Shown piece after piece: positions 39,623 to 49,994 of a stretch of DNA of 64,000 bases. The position numbers and the translations under genes were made by a program. The DNA is from Blastocatellia bacterium (lineage in GTDB: Bacteria; Acidobacteriota; Blastocatellia; UBA7656): assembly GCA_963765495.1 (NCBI GenBank), contig CAVXWP010000008.1, positions 64,001-128,000 on the forward strand, written 5' to 3'. The notes under the pieces were generated by a model. The model did no database searches. It was not told the origin of the DNA and saw nothing but the letters and a program-made list of their open reading frames with translations. Positions within the stretch are counted from its first letter, which is position 1. Each line of letters opens with the position of its first letter.

Positions 39623-41639
39623 AAAATTGTGGTCGGCCCGCAGCTCGCTTGCGCGACTCTTTGCGATGAGTCTCGTTGCGTCACTCGTAGCGGGAACGCT
39701 GCTGCCTTCAATGGTTGCGGCGCAATCCGGCCAGCAACAGCAACAACCGCAGCAACAGCAGACGCCTCCCACTGGGCAGCCGTCTGATCCTGCTCGGCAG
39801 AGCCCGCAGCCTGCGCCGCAGCCCGCGCCTACCCAGCAACAGACTCAACCGCAGCCGCAGCAGGGTCAGCAGGGTCAGCCATCCCAACAGGGGCAGCCGT
39901 CCGCGCCGGGCGGATTACAGCAGGTGCCCGCTACACCGGGGCAGGGCGTAGGCGATTCCGGCGTGATAATTCCGCCGCAAATGCCAAAGGAGCCGCCTCC
40001 CGTAGCGCCCGATTATCAGGCCCCGCTCCGGTCGCTACCCTCTGCCGAAAGAGTCGGCGTGGAACAAACCGAGCCTGCCTCGCTTACCTTGAGCGAGGCG
40101 ATAGCGCTTGCGCTTGCAAACAATAACGACATCAGCACCTCGCGCATAGATATAGAGATGGCCCGCTTTGACTTGAAAGCGGCTAAAGGCGCTTATGATC
40201 CGCAACTCTCTTCGGAAGCCTATTATGAAAAGCGCGAAACGCCGGTCGCCTCGTTTATCGGCGGCGGCCCAAACGGTAAGGTAACTACGTCCGATCTTAC
40301 CGGAAGCGTGAAACTGGCGGGATTGTCGCCCTGGTTTGGCGGGAATTATCAGGTTGATTACTCTTCGAGCCGCACGACTACGGATAACCTTTTCACTTCG
40401 CTCAATCCGCAATATCCGACCTCGCTGACCTTTACATATTCGCAGCCGCTGCTGCGCAATCTGACGATAGACGACAATCGCCGCCGCATCGAGATTGCCA
40501 AAAAGAACCTGACGCTTTCGGATTCCCAGTTTCGCCAGCGCGCAATCGAAACCATAACCCGCGTTCAGCAGGCTTACTGGGACCTGGCCTTCGCGCTTAG
40601 GAATTTGCAGGTTCAGATTGACGCGGTCAAACAGGCGCGCACTCAGGTAGAGAGCAATCGCCGACAGGTAGAGCAGGGAACCCTTGCGCCCATAGATATA
40701 GTCGCAGCCGAAACTCAGGTATCGACATTCGAGCAAAACGTCTACACCGCGCAGGAAGCCGTCACGCGAGCCGAAAATACGCTGAAGACGCTTATCCTGC
40801 CCACTCGCACCGCGCAACTCTGGAACAAGGCTATTCTGCCCGTAAGCCCTGTGACGCTTGAGCCGCCGGTTGTGCCGCTTGATGAAGCGGTCAATGCGGC
40901 GCTTGCAAACCGGCCTGAGATCGAGCAGGTTGAAACGAGCGCAGAGATCAATAAGATCAACACACGTTTCTTCAACAACCAGACAAAGCCGCAAATTGAT
41001 CTGGTAGGAGTCTTCAGCACGGTCGGGCTTGCGGGGACGATTGCCAATAACGGCGTCAATCCGCTATCAGCCGGAAACGTGGCGCTCACCGCGCGCGTCA
41101 ATGCGCTGTCTGAGTTGGCCGGGCTGCCGCCTCTGCCGCCCACTTCGACCGGGTCATTGCCTGATCTATTGATCGGAGGCCCTAGCCAATCATTCACAAA
41201 CCTTTTTGGATTCAATTATCCGGCAGCGCGCATAGGGCTTCGGTTCTCGTTTCCGGTGGGCAATCGCACGGCCGAAGCAAATCTGGGAAAATCGCTTGCC
41301 GAAGGGCGCCGCATCGGCAACCAGCGCGAGCAATTGAAACAGGTGATCGAATCAGAGGTGCGCAATGATTTACAGGCGGTGAAATCGGCTCAGGCAAGAC
41401 TCGCCGCCGCCGCGTCTGCTCGCTCTTCGGCGGAGCAGCAATACGAAAGCGAGCAGCGTAGATTTCAGGCCGGGCTTTCTACCGTGTTTCTCGTTCTTCA
41501 ACGGCAGACCGAATTGATAGCCGCTCGCGGAAGAGAGCTTCAGGCCCAGACGGATTTGAACAAGGCCATAGCCGAATTTTATCGCGCGACCGGCTCTACA
41601 TTGCAGATCAACAACGTCACGGTTCGCACCGATACAGAT

Positions 41640-41651
<12 letters not shown>
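39597..41651 (+). CDS. TolC family outer-membrane efflux protein with a Gln/Pro-rich N-terminal extension
   Basis: LTL.EAI..AL.NN, AYW.L, A...AL.NRPE and P.IDL motifs; start uncertain. Confidence 0.88.
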
Positions 41652-42548
<897 letters not shown>

Positions 42549-42851
42549 TGCCGAATCACCTCCTGTTTATTGATCCTGGGATAGCCATAGTCTATGTCAA
42601 AGCGCGCTAATATCAAACAAGGTTTGACATTTCGCTCAAAAACCCCGTCGTCATTTCGACAAATGCGGGCAACGCGATTGGGGGCTGTTGCTTTCAAACC
42701 TTACGGATGATAAGTATGGGTAGGTTACGACGCTCTATCAAGTGAGCATGCTTACTTATATGAAAAACCAGGAGGAAAAATAAACCTGCTTGCAACGAGG
42801 TGCGGCGGCTCTCCCCTTAACCAACCGCCGAATCAAACAAGGAGAAAACCG

Positions 42852-43739
42852 ATGAATAGAATAAGATTTGTGGCAGTAATCCTAACGGTGATTTCGCTCA
42901 TGGGGATGGGCGTGGCCGCTCAGGCAGCACAGCGAGGCTACCGCCCTAATGAAAGACAGTTCAGAAGCCTTGTCTCAAGAATCGAGACCGGCGCTGATCG
43001 TTTTCGCTCAAGCCTGGATGCGGCGCTCGACCGCAGCCCTATCGACGGCACGAGAGAGGAAGACAACATAAACCAGTTTGTCAAAGATTTCGAACAGGCA
43101 ACCAATCGTCTCAAGGATCGCTATAATGACAATCGAGCCGTCAACGACGATGCGGAAGAGGTCCTCAGACGCGGGGCGGTCATTGATAGTTTTATGCGTC
43201 GTCACAGGCTTGCGGGGCGGGCCGAAAGCGATTGGGCTTACTTGCGGAGGAACCTCGATAGTCTGGCGAGGCTCTACAGGATTTCGTGGAACTGGGATGA
43301 GCGATATAATCGCCGCAATCGAGATGACAATGGTTCGTATCGCGACAATGATCGGTCGAATGGTTCAAGTCGGCGCGCTTATTATGTAAGCGAAGGGCAG
43401 TTAAGGTCTTTGATAAGCCGCATAGAGAACGAGGCTGACCGTTTTCGCTCAAGCGTGGACTCCTCGCTCGACCGCAGTCGTATCAACGGTTCAAGACGAG
43501 AGGACAACATAAACCAGTTTGTCAAAGATTTCGAACAAGCGACCAACGATCTCAAGAACCACTTCAATGATGGTCGGTCAACAACCGGCGATGCCGAAGA
43601 AGTGCTTAGACGCGGAAAGGCTATTGATAGCTTTATGCGCCGCGCCCGGCTTTCGAGCCGAGCCGAAAATGACTGGCGCTCATTGCGCAGAGACCTCGAT
43701 ACCCTGGCCCGGTATTACAGGGTTTCCTGGCGCTGGTAA
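42852..43739 (+). CDS. Secreted protein with two tandem copies of an approximately 115-aa helical domain
   Basis: Signal peptide; duplicated RIE..ADRFRSS.D..LDRS.I.G..REDNINQFVKDFEQATN...W..LRR.LD.LAR.Y..SW.W. Confidence 0.85.
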   Translation: MNRIRFVAVILTVISLMGMGVAAQAAQRGYRPNERQFRSLVSRIETGADRFRSSLDAALDRSPIDGTREEDNINQFVKDFEQATNRLKDRYNDNRAVNDDAEEVLRRGAVIDSFMRRHRLAGRAESDWAYLRRNLDSLARLYRISWNWDERYNRRNRDDNGSYRDNDRSNGSSRRAYYVSEGQLRSLISRIENEADRFRSSVDSSLDRSRINGSRREDNINQFVKDFEQATNDLKNHFNDGRSTTGDAEEVLRRGKAIDSFMRRARLSSRAENDWRSLRRDLDTLARYYRVSWRW

Positions 43740-43801
43740 CGATCTGAGATTTGAGAAATTTGAAATTTCAGATATGTGCGAGTGAAAAGAATAAGCCCTG
43801 C

Positions 43802-43842
43802 CACAAAGTCACAGAGTTTCGATTAAGCTCTGTGACTTTGTG
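43802..43842. terminator. Stem-loop after the repeat-protein gene (terminator or repeat)
   Basis: cacaaagtcacagag...ctctgtgactttgtg. Confidence 0.55.
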
Positions 43843-43958
43843 ATTTTCCAGCCGTCCTGATCCTTACTTGATCTCCTCGATATATGCGAAGCCCGTTTTG
43901 CCGGTTATACTTATTTTTGGGTTTTGAAATCCAGGAATCTCAAATTTCATATGAGTAG

Positions 43959-44630
43959 TTGGGAATGAAGCCTTTCAATATGATTAAATCGCCGGAAATT
44001 CCTTATCTGTTGATGGGGGTCTGCGCTTTGCTGATCTTCTGTTTATTGATTGCGACATCAGCCTGCCGGTCATCGAATGAGAGCGATCAGCCCGCCGATT
44101 TGATGGCAGTCAAATCGCCCGTTACGGGTGAGGTGAGGCGAATTCTTGTAGGTGAGGGATTGCCCGTAAACGAAGGCGCGGCAATCCTTGAAATCGCGGT
44201 CAAAGAAGTGACCGATAATACCGGGCAAGGCCAGGCGGGCGCGGAAGCGAGCGCCCGCTCGGCTCTTGCCGCTGCGCAAAAAGAGATAGCCGATGCCGAA
44301 TCCGACAGCGCGCGGGCAGCGGTCGAAGTCCAGCGAGTGCAATCGCTTGTGGCTACGGGGGCCGCGCCTCAGTCGCAGCTTGATGCGGCAAACGCTCAGT
44401 ACCAGCAGGCGCAGGAGCGTCTGCAACGAGTTCGAGAACGCGCTCAGAGCGCGCAGCGGGTACTGACGACTCGTGAGGGAAGCCCCGCAAATCAACCTCC
44501 CCCGGCTCAGGAAAAAATCATCGAGGTGCGCGTGCCCTCTTCGGGAGTATTGCGAGTGCTAAACGCTCGCGTAGGCCAGCGAGTCACCGCCGGACAGACC
44601 ATTGCCACGCTCTCTAAAAATAACCCTTAA
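43959..44630 (+). CDS. Short HlyD/biotin-lipoyl-like lipoprotein
   Basis: TSAC lipobox, SPVTG.V...LV.EG lipoyl half, coiled coil and second lipoyl half; start uncertain. Confidence 0.7.
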   Translation: MGMKPFNMIKSPEIPYLLMGVCALLIFCLLIATSACRSSNESDQPADLMAVKSPVTGEVRRILVGEGLPVNEGAAILEIAVKEVTDNTGQGQAGAEASARSALAAAQKEIADAESDSARAAVEVQRVQSLVATGAAPQSQLDAANAQYQQAQERLQRVRERAQSAQRVLTTREGSPANQPPPAQEKIIEVRVPSSGVLRVLNARVGQRVTAGQTIATLSKNNP

Positions 44631-44691
44631 ACGTGAACGCTTGACAGATATCTTCATCATCGGTTCGAACGATGATCAACGGAGAAACTAA

Positions 44692-45723
44692 ATGAAATAC
44701 AATCGTCTTGGAAATACCGGCCTGAAAGTTTCTGAACTATGCCTCGGCACCATGACCTTTGGCTCGAACTTTTACAACATAGGCACGCTGGGGCAAGAAG
44801 ACTCTACCCGCATGGTAGCCCGCGCTCGCGATGCGGGGATAAATTTCTTTGACACGGCGGATATGTATTCGTTCGGCGAGTCGGAGAAGATACTCGGGCA
44901 GGCCGTAAAGGATATTGGCGCGACGAGGGAATCGGTAGTCATCGCGACCAAGGTCCGCTCGCCTATGAGCGAAGCCGCGTGGAAAGGTACGGGCGACTTT
45001 AACAACGTCGGTCTTTCGCGTAAGCATATTTTCGAAGCGTGCGAGGCGAGTCTGAAACGGCTTGACATGGATTACATTGATCTTTATCAGGTGCACGGCT
45101 GGGATGTGGTTACGCCTGTAGAAGAGACCTTACGCGCGCTTGATGATCTTGTGCGGGCGGGCAAGGTGCGCTATCTGGGATGCTCTAACTGGACGGCGCG
45201 CCATCTGGCGAAGGGGCTTGGTCTGGCGGGTGCGCACGATTGGAGCGGGTTCGTCTCTTTGCAGGCATACTATTCGCTGGTGGGTCGTGACCTCGAGCAC
45301 GAGCTTCTCCCGCTTTGCGTAGAGGAGGGGCTTGGAGTGCTGCCGTGGTCGCCGCTTGCCGGGGGCTTTCTTTCGGGCAAATACCGCCGCGACAGTGAGC
45401 CGCCGGAAGGCTCGCGCAGGGTTGATTTCGATTTTCCGCCGATTGACCGCGAGCGCGGCTATGATGCAGTAGAGGCGCTCGATCAGATAGCGAAAGTGAA
45501 GGACGCATCCGTGGCTCAGGTTGCGCTTGCGTGGCTGCTCGCTCAGGAGGGAGTGACATCGGTCATCATCGGCGCGAGCAAGATGTCTCAACTCGAAGAC
45601 AACCTGAAGGCTGTGGATGTGGAATTGACCGATGAGGAAGTGGCGCGAATTTCTGCGACGACAGCGCCTGAAAAGCTCTACCCCGCGTGGATGGTCGAGC
45701 GCCAGAACGAGGGAAGAAGATAA
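44692..45723 (+). CDS. Aldo/keto reductase
   Basis: LGTMTFG, FFDTADMY, IATK, DYIDLYQVH, G.SN and PWSPLAGG motifs. Confidence 0.95.
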   Translation: MKYNRLGNTGLKVSELCLGTMTFGSNFYNIGTLGQEDSTRMVARARDAGINFFDTADMYSFGESEKILGQAVKDIGATRESVVIATKVRSPMSEAAWKGTGDFNNVGLSRKHIFEACEASLKRLDMDYIDLYQVHGWDVVTPVEETLRALDDLVRAGKVRYLGCSNWTARHLAKGLGLAGAHDWSGFVSLQAYYSLVGRDLEHELLPLCVEEGLGVLPWSPLAGGFLSGKYRRDSEPPEGSRRVDFDFPPIDRERGYDAVEALDQIAKVKDASVAQVALAWLLAQEGVTSVIIGASKMSQLEDNLKAVDVELTDEEVARISATTAPEKLYPAWMVERQNEGRR

Positions 45724-45728
45724 AAGGT

Positions 45729-46121
45729 ATGAAAGCAGAAAGCGGGACGGCTGATTCGATAGAAATCAGGCAGGCGATCAACATCGGGCCACGGGAACGA
45801 ATAAAGCGGCGCGTACTCGGCATAGTGTCTCTGATGGTCGGGGCCGGGCTGGCATTCGCGCTTGTGGCCTATCACGCGCCGGTGTTTGTGCGCCTGCTTG
45901 TTTTCTTCCCCTTGTGGATGGCCGGACTTGGGCTCTTTCAGGCGCGGGAAAAGACCTGAATCGCAATGGCGGCGCGTGGGACGCGCAATATGGACGCGGG
46001 CGAAGAGCCTGTTGAAGATGAGAAATTACTTGCGCGGCTCAGATTGCAGGCCCGTCGTATCCATCGGCGGGCTCTCATCGTAGCCGTTGTGCTGACGCTT
46101 TTGATCTTACTGATTCCCTGA
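45729..46121 (+). CDS. Small membrane protein with an in-frame UGA at codon 77; candidate selenoprotein (130 aa on readthrough)
   Basis: Frame continues ...FQAREKT-TGA(45957-45959)-IAMAARGTRNMD...LLILLIP*; SECIS-like hairpin right after the UGA. Confidence 0.65.
45960..45991 (+). other. Putative bacterial SECIS hairpin
   Basis: GCGCG(T)-GGG-(A)CGCGC at 45972-45986; G-containing apical loop about 17 nt 3' of the UGA. Confidence 0.55.
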
Positions 46122-46154
46122 TGTGGGTGTAATTGTATGGCAGGAGGTAGAAAA

Positions 46155-46601
46155 ATGTTTAGAGTATCGCGCCGAATACTGGTTCTTGTGATCTGTATAA
46201 TAATCGGCATCATAGCAATTGAGCGCCGCGATAAACCGGCTGTGGCGGCTGATTCACTGGCCGCGCAGGATATATCGAGCCTTGACCGGCGCATCAACTC
46301 TGTCGAGCAACGGATATACTCGATAGAATCGAGCATAAATCAACTTCGCCAGCAAATGATAGATGCCAGGCGTTCGTCATCGTCCCTGTCGTCGGATAAC
46401 CGCGACCCCGAAACAGAACGGCTGCGCCTGGAAGTCGATATGTTGCAGAGGCGTATCGTCGAGATCGAATGCGGACTTGTAAAACTCGACCAGCGGACCC
46501 TGCCTGAGAGCGCCCGTACCGCAAGCAAAGGCGCTGCGGCGGCAAAAGACCCTTGCCGCCAGCAGCCCAATACTCCCGTCCAGCTTTCCAGTAGGCAGTA
46601 A
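46155..46601 (+). CDS. Hypothetical exported coiled-coil protein with two Cys
   Basis: RBS AGGAGG, N-terminal hydrophobic stretch, coiled coil, ECG...DPC. Confidence 0.7.
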   Translation: MFRVSRRILVLVICIIIGIIAIERRDKPAVAADSLAAQDISSLDRRINSVEQRIYSIESSINQLRQQMIDARRSSSSLSSDNRDPETERLRLEVDMLQRRIVEIECGLVKLDQRTLPESARTASKGAAAAKDPCRQQPNTPVQLSSRQ

Positions 46602-46747
46602 GCAGTAGGCAGTAGGCAGTTATTTTGAAACTGTGATCAGATCCGCGTAAATCCGCCTGCATCCGCGTCATCCGTGGTCTATTTCTACTCTCCCAATTAT
46701 GCAGTGGCCTTTGGACAAATAACCGGCCCTCCTCAACTGCCTACTGC
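46589..46747. repeat. Family B element with a family C half-repeat nested inside
   Basis: CAGTAGG arm, internal gatccgcgtaaatccgcc...ggtctatttctac, ACTGCCT arm. Confidence 0.8.
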
Positions 46748-46836
46748 TCTCATTGTATCGCTAACACGCCTCTGATATATTGCTTCGGCTCGCAAGGCGA
46801 TCTTTATTTTCACCACATCGGCGGAGAGGTCGAGCG

Positions 46837-47517
46837 ATGGCCATCAGGCTCACCCTAGTATTAATCGCATACCTGGCAGGCTCGATACCGTTTGGTTATT
46901 TGCTTGTAAAATTCGTATTCACGAGCGGCGAAGATGTCCGGCGGGTTGGATCGGGTGGGACCGGCGCGACCAATGTGACCCGTCGCGCAGGAAAGGCGGC
47001 CGGGCTGCTTACTCTCCTGCTCGATCTGGCAAAGGGGCTGCTGGTCGTCTTGTTGATGAAACAGGTGGCCCCGGATGATTATCTGTGGATAGGCGCTACC
47101 GGCGTTGCCGTGATGATCGGCCATATCTTTCCCCTCTTTCTCCGATTTCGCGGCGGCAAAGGCGTAGCAACAGGGCTAGGCGTCTTTCTCGCCGTTGCGC
47201 CTTATTCCGTGCTCGGCGCGCTCGCAATCTGGGCCATCGTTGTTTTCCTAACCCGTTACGTATCGCTTGGCTCTATAGCCGCAGCGGCCACGCTGCCACT
47301 GTGGACATGGATTTTTTATGGATTGATACAACCTGGCCCTGATGTCTGGAATCGCTTTATCATCACGCTGATTTGTGGCGCGCTCGTCATAGCCAAACAT
47401 CACGAGAATATCAATCGTCTGATTCACGGAAAGGAAAGCAGGTTTGGCTTTGGATCGGGTTCTGCCAAACAGACGGAGTCGAGCAACAGGGCGGTGAGCG
47501 GGGAAACAGGACGATGA
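46837..47517 (+). CDS. plsY: Glycerol-3-phosphate 1-O-acyltransferase
   Basis: GSIPFG, GSG.TGATNV.R, D..KG, GH.FP.F..F.GGKGVAT, YVSLGS and H..NI.RL..G.E motifs. Confidence 0.95.
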   Translation: MAIRLTLVLIAYLAGSIPFGYLLVKFVFTSGEDVRRVGSGGTGATNVTRRAGKAAGLLTLLLDLAKGLLVVLLMKQVAPDDYLWIGATGVAVMIGHIFPLFLRFRGGKGVATGLGVFLAVAPYSVLGALAIWAIVVFLTRYVSLGSIAAAATLPLWTWIFYGLIQPGPDVWNRFIITLICGALVIAKHHENINRLIHGKESRFGFGSGSAKQTESSNRAVSGETGR

Positions 47518-48539
47518 ATGATCGACGGGCTTCACACGGTTCGAAGCGAGTGGCCGTCATCGGCGCGGGAAGCTGGGGCACGGCGCTGGCAATGGCGGCA
47601 AGCCGTAACCGGCACGAAGTCCGCCTCTGGGCGCGTGAACCTGATATCGCGCGGGGAATTGAAATCTCGCATAGGAACCCGTTCTATCTTTCGGATTTCG
47701 AACTCCCGGAAAACATCAGCGCAACCACCTCGCTCGAAGAGGCGCTTGAGGGGGCCGCCGTCGCGTTGATCGTGATTCCGTCACATGCCATGCGCGAGAT
47801 GGTCGGGCGAATCAGTGACCACCTCGCCCCTGAGACAATAATTGTGAGCGCGGCAAAGGGAGTTGAAAACGGCACACTCATGCGGATGTCGGAAGTCATC
47901 GCCGACGCATTCGAAGGAAAGGCTGCGCCCGAACCCGTCATCCTCTCCGGGCCGAGCTTTGCCCGCGAAGTGGCGCAGGGAGACCCGACGGCGATAGTCG
48001 CGGCAAGCAGCAATCCCGCTTTGAGTGAATCGCTGCAACGCGACCTCAGTTCCAATCTCTTCCGCGTATACACAAACGACGACGTGGTAGGGGTGGAGAT
48101 GGGCGGGGCAGTGAAGAATGTTGTAGCCATTGCCTCGGGCGTCGTGCGCGGACTGGGGTTCGGCACAAACTCGGTTGCGGCTATAATCACTCGCGGGCTT
48201 GCCGAGATGACGCGACTGGCCCTGGCCAAAGGCGCGCGGGTCGAGACGATGGCAGGGCTCGCCGGTTTAGGAGACCTGGTCCTCACCTGTACGGGCGAAC
48301 TCTCGCGCAACCGCCACGTCGGATTTGAACTGGGGCGGGGTCGCAGGCTCGCCGATATTCTCTCAGAGATGCGTGAAGTCGCCGAAGGGGTGAAGACGAC
48401 GCGCGCAATCTATGAACTGGGTAGCAGACTGAAGGTAGATATGCCGATCACGTCAAGCATTTACGCTTTGCTCTATGAAGACAAGCCCGCCTTCGAAGCA
48501 GCAAACGAGTTGATGGAACGCCCGCTCAAGCATGAGTGA
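47514..48539 (+). CDS. gpsA: NAD(P)H-dependent glycerol-3-phosphate dehydrogenase
   Basis: GAGSWGTALA, SGPSFA.EV, GVE.GGA.KN..AI, GLAG.GDL.LTC...SRN and AEGV motifs. Confidence 0.96.
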   Translation: MNDRRASHGSKRVAVIGAGSWGTALAMAASRNRHEVRLWAREPDIARGIEISHRNPFYLSDFELPENISATTSLEEALEGAAVALIVIPSHAMREMVGRISDHLAPETIIVSAAKGVENGTLMRMSEVIADAFEGKAAPEPVILSGPSFAREVAQGDPTAIVAASSNPALSESLQRDLSSNLFRVYTNDDVVGVEMGGAVKNVVAIASGVVRGLGFGTNSVAAIITRGLAEMTRLALAKGARVETMAGLAGLGDLVLTCTGELSRNRHVGFELGRGRRLADILSEMREVAEGVKTTRAIYELGSRLKVDMPITSSIYALLYEDKPAFEAANELMERPLKHE

Positions 48540-48551
48540 TCTAAGTGAAGA

Positions 48552-48647
48552 GTGATGCATGATTCGTGATCCGTGATGCGTGACTTTCAGGCGGTCCGCA
48601 GGGTTTCGATAATTTGTATGTCTCACGAATCACGAATCACGCATCAC
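48552..48647. repeat. Palindromic element family A, copy 4
   Basis: GTGAT(G/T/C)C arms; 45 bp from the last CGTG to AATCACG. Confidence 0.85.
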
Positions 48648-48677
48648 TCCACACGCATCTGACTCAGAAATGACCAT

Positions 48678-49961
48678 ATGCCAAGACCAAAAGGTAGAAC
48701 GGCTCCATTATTTTCCCCTCAACCGCCGGAACGAAGGTCGCCGTTCTGGTGGGCTCGCTATGTTCCCGCTGTTATCCTCGCAATCCTGACGCTCGACTTC
48801 ATATACGTAGTCGGTAGCGTGGCGCTAGTGCCCGTTCTTGCATCGTTTGCGCTCGCCTATTTGCTGAATCCGCTCGTCAACAGAGGAGTAAAGCGCGGGA
48901 TGTCGCGCCCTGTGGCAACATTGACCGCAATGTTGAGCGTCCTGCTTATCGGCGTTGCCATCCTTATGTTTATAATCCCGAATCTCTGGACCGAGACCAT
49001 CGAAGCGGGGCAAAAACTTCTCTCCTACCTGACGCCTGATAATGCGCGGAGAGTCCGCTCTGCGCTGCGGCGCATCTCACCGATGCTCGACCGCATCGCG
49101 GGCAAGCCCGTTGAAGCATTCTTCAATGACCCGGCCCAGGCGCTTGGCTCAGGTGAGGTTCTTGCGGGCGGAATGACCGGCTTTTTCTCGACCGCTGCGG
49201 CCTCGCTAGACCTGCTGCTTGTGCCGTTCTTTGTCTATTACATACTGGTAGATTTTACAAAGTGGCGCGATTCGATTGAGGATATTATCCCGCCGCGTTT
49301 TCGCGATACCTTTAGCCGCCTGTTTGATGAGGTGGGCCGTATACTCGAAGCCTATGTTCGCGGTCAGTTGTTGATCGCCGTGGTGATGGGCGTGCTTTAC
49401 GCTCTGGGCTTTGCCGCGCTTGGCGTCCCGGCAGGCCCGGGCATTGCGCTGTTGGCGGGGTTCCTAAACACAATTCCCTACGTAGGAACTCTGCTCGGTC
49501 TGCTTATGGCATCGGCATTCACCCTGAGCGAAGGCGGCGGGCTCTGGCGTGTGGGCGGAATCGTCGGCGTCTTTGCAATAGTTCAGAGTATAGAAGGATA
49601 CATCCTGACTCCTCGCATACTTGGCACGCGCCTGAGCCTGCATCCGATGGCCGTGCTTCTTGGGATTTTGATCGGTGGTAAACTTTTTGGGCTTCTTGGA
49701 ATAGTTCTGGCCGTTCCCACGATAGCCGTGGCAAAAGTGTTCATGAAATTCCTGCGAGAGATATACAGAGGGTCGCATTTCTATCACAACGGAGCGATAA
49801 GCGCCGAAGAGGCGCCAAACGAAATCCTCGAAGAGAGGCTTGCCGATGCCGCAGATTCTGTGCTGGCCGAACAGGTTAGCGAAGAGACGGGCGAGGAACT
49901 TCTCGCGACCGATGAAGCGGAGGATGATCGAATCGCCCAGGTGACGCCGAAAAAGATGTGA
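48678..49961 (+). CDS. AI-2E family transporter
   Basis: LAYLL.P.V, YVRGQ, IPYVG, Q..EG....P...G....LHP and G...AVP motifs. Confidence 0.92.
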   Translation: MPRPKGRTAPLFSPQPPERRSPFWWARYVPAVILAILTLDFIYVVGSVALVPVLASFALAYLLNPLVNRGVKRGMSRPVATLTAMLSVLLIGVAILMFIIPNLWTETIEAGQKLLSYLTPDNARRVRSALRRISPMLDRIAGKPVEAFFNDPAQALGSGEVLAGGMTGFFSTAAASLDLLLVPFFVYYILVDFTKWRDSIEDIIPPRFRDTFSRLFDEVGRILEAYVRGQLLIAVVMGVLYALGFAALGVPAGPGIALLAGFLNTIPYVGTLLGLLMASAFTLSEGGGLWRVGGIVGVFAIVQSIEGYILTPRILGTRLSLHPMAVLLGILIGGKLFGLLGIVLAVPTIAVAKVFMKFLREIYRGSHFYHNGAISAEEAPNEILEERLADAADSVLAEQVSEETGEELLATDEAEDDRIAQVTPKKM

Positions 49962-49994
49962 GCTTTATTCAAGCCAGATTGGAGTAACTGCCCG

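Noticed and set aside
45966-46121. Separate small gene starting at the ATG after the UGA
   Set aside because: No Shine-Dalgarno sequence, the start abuts a stable hairpin, and it is in frame with the upstream ORF; readthrough or a nonsense mutation is more parsimonious, though this is not excluded.
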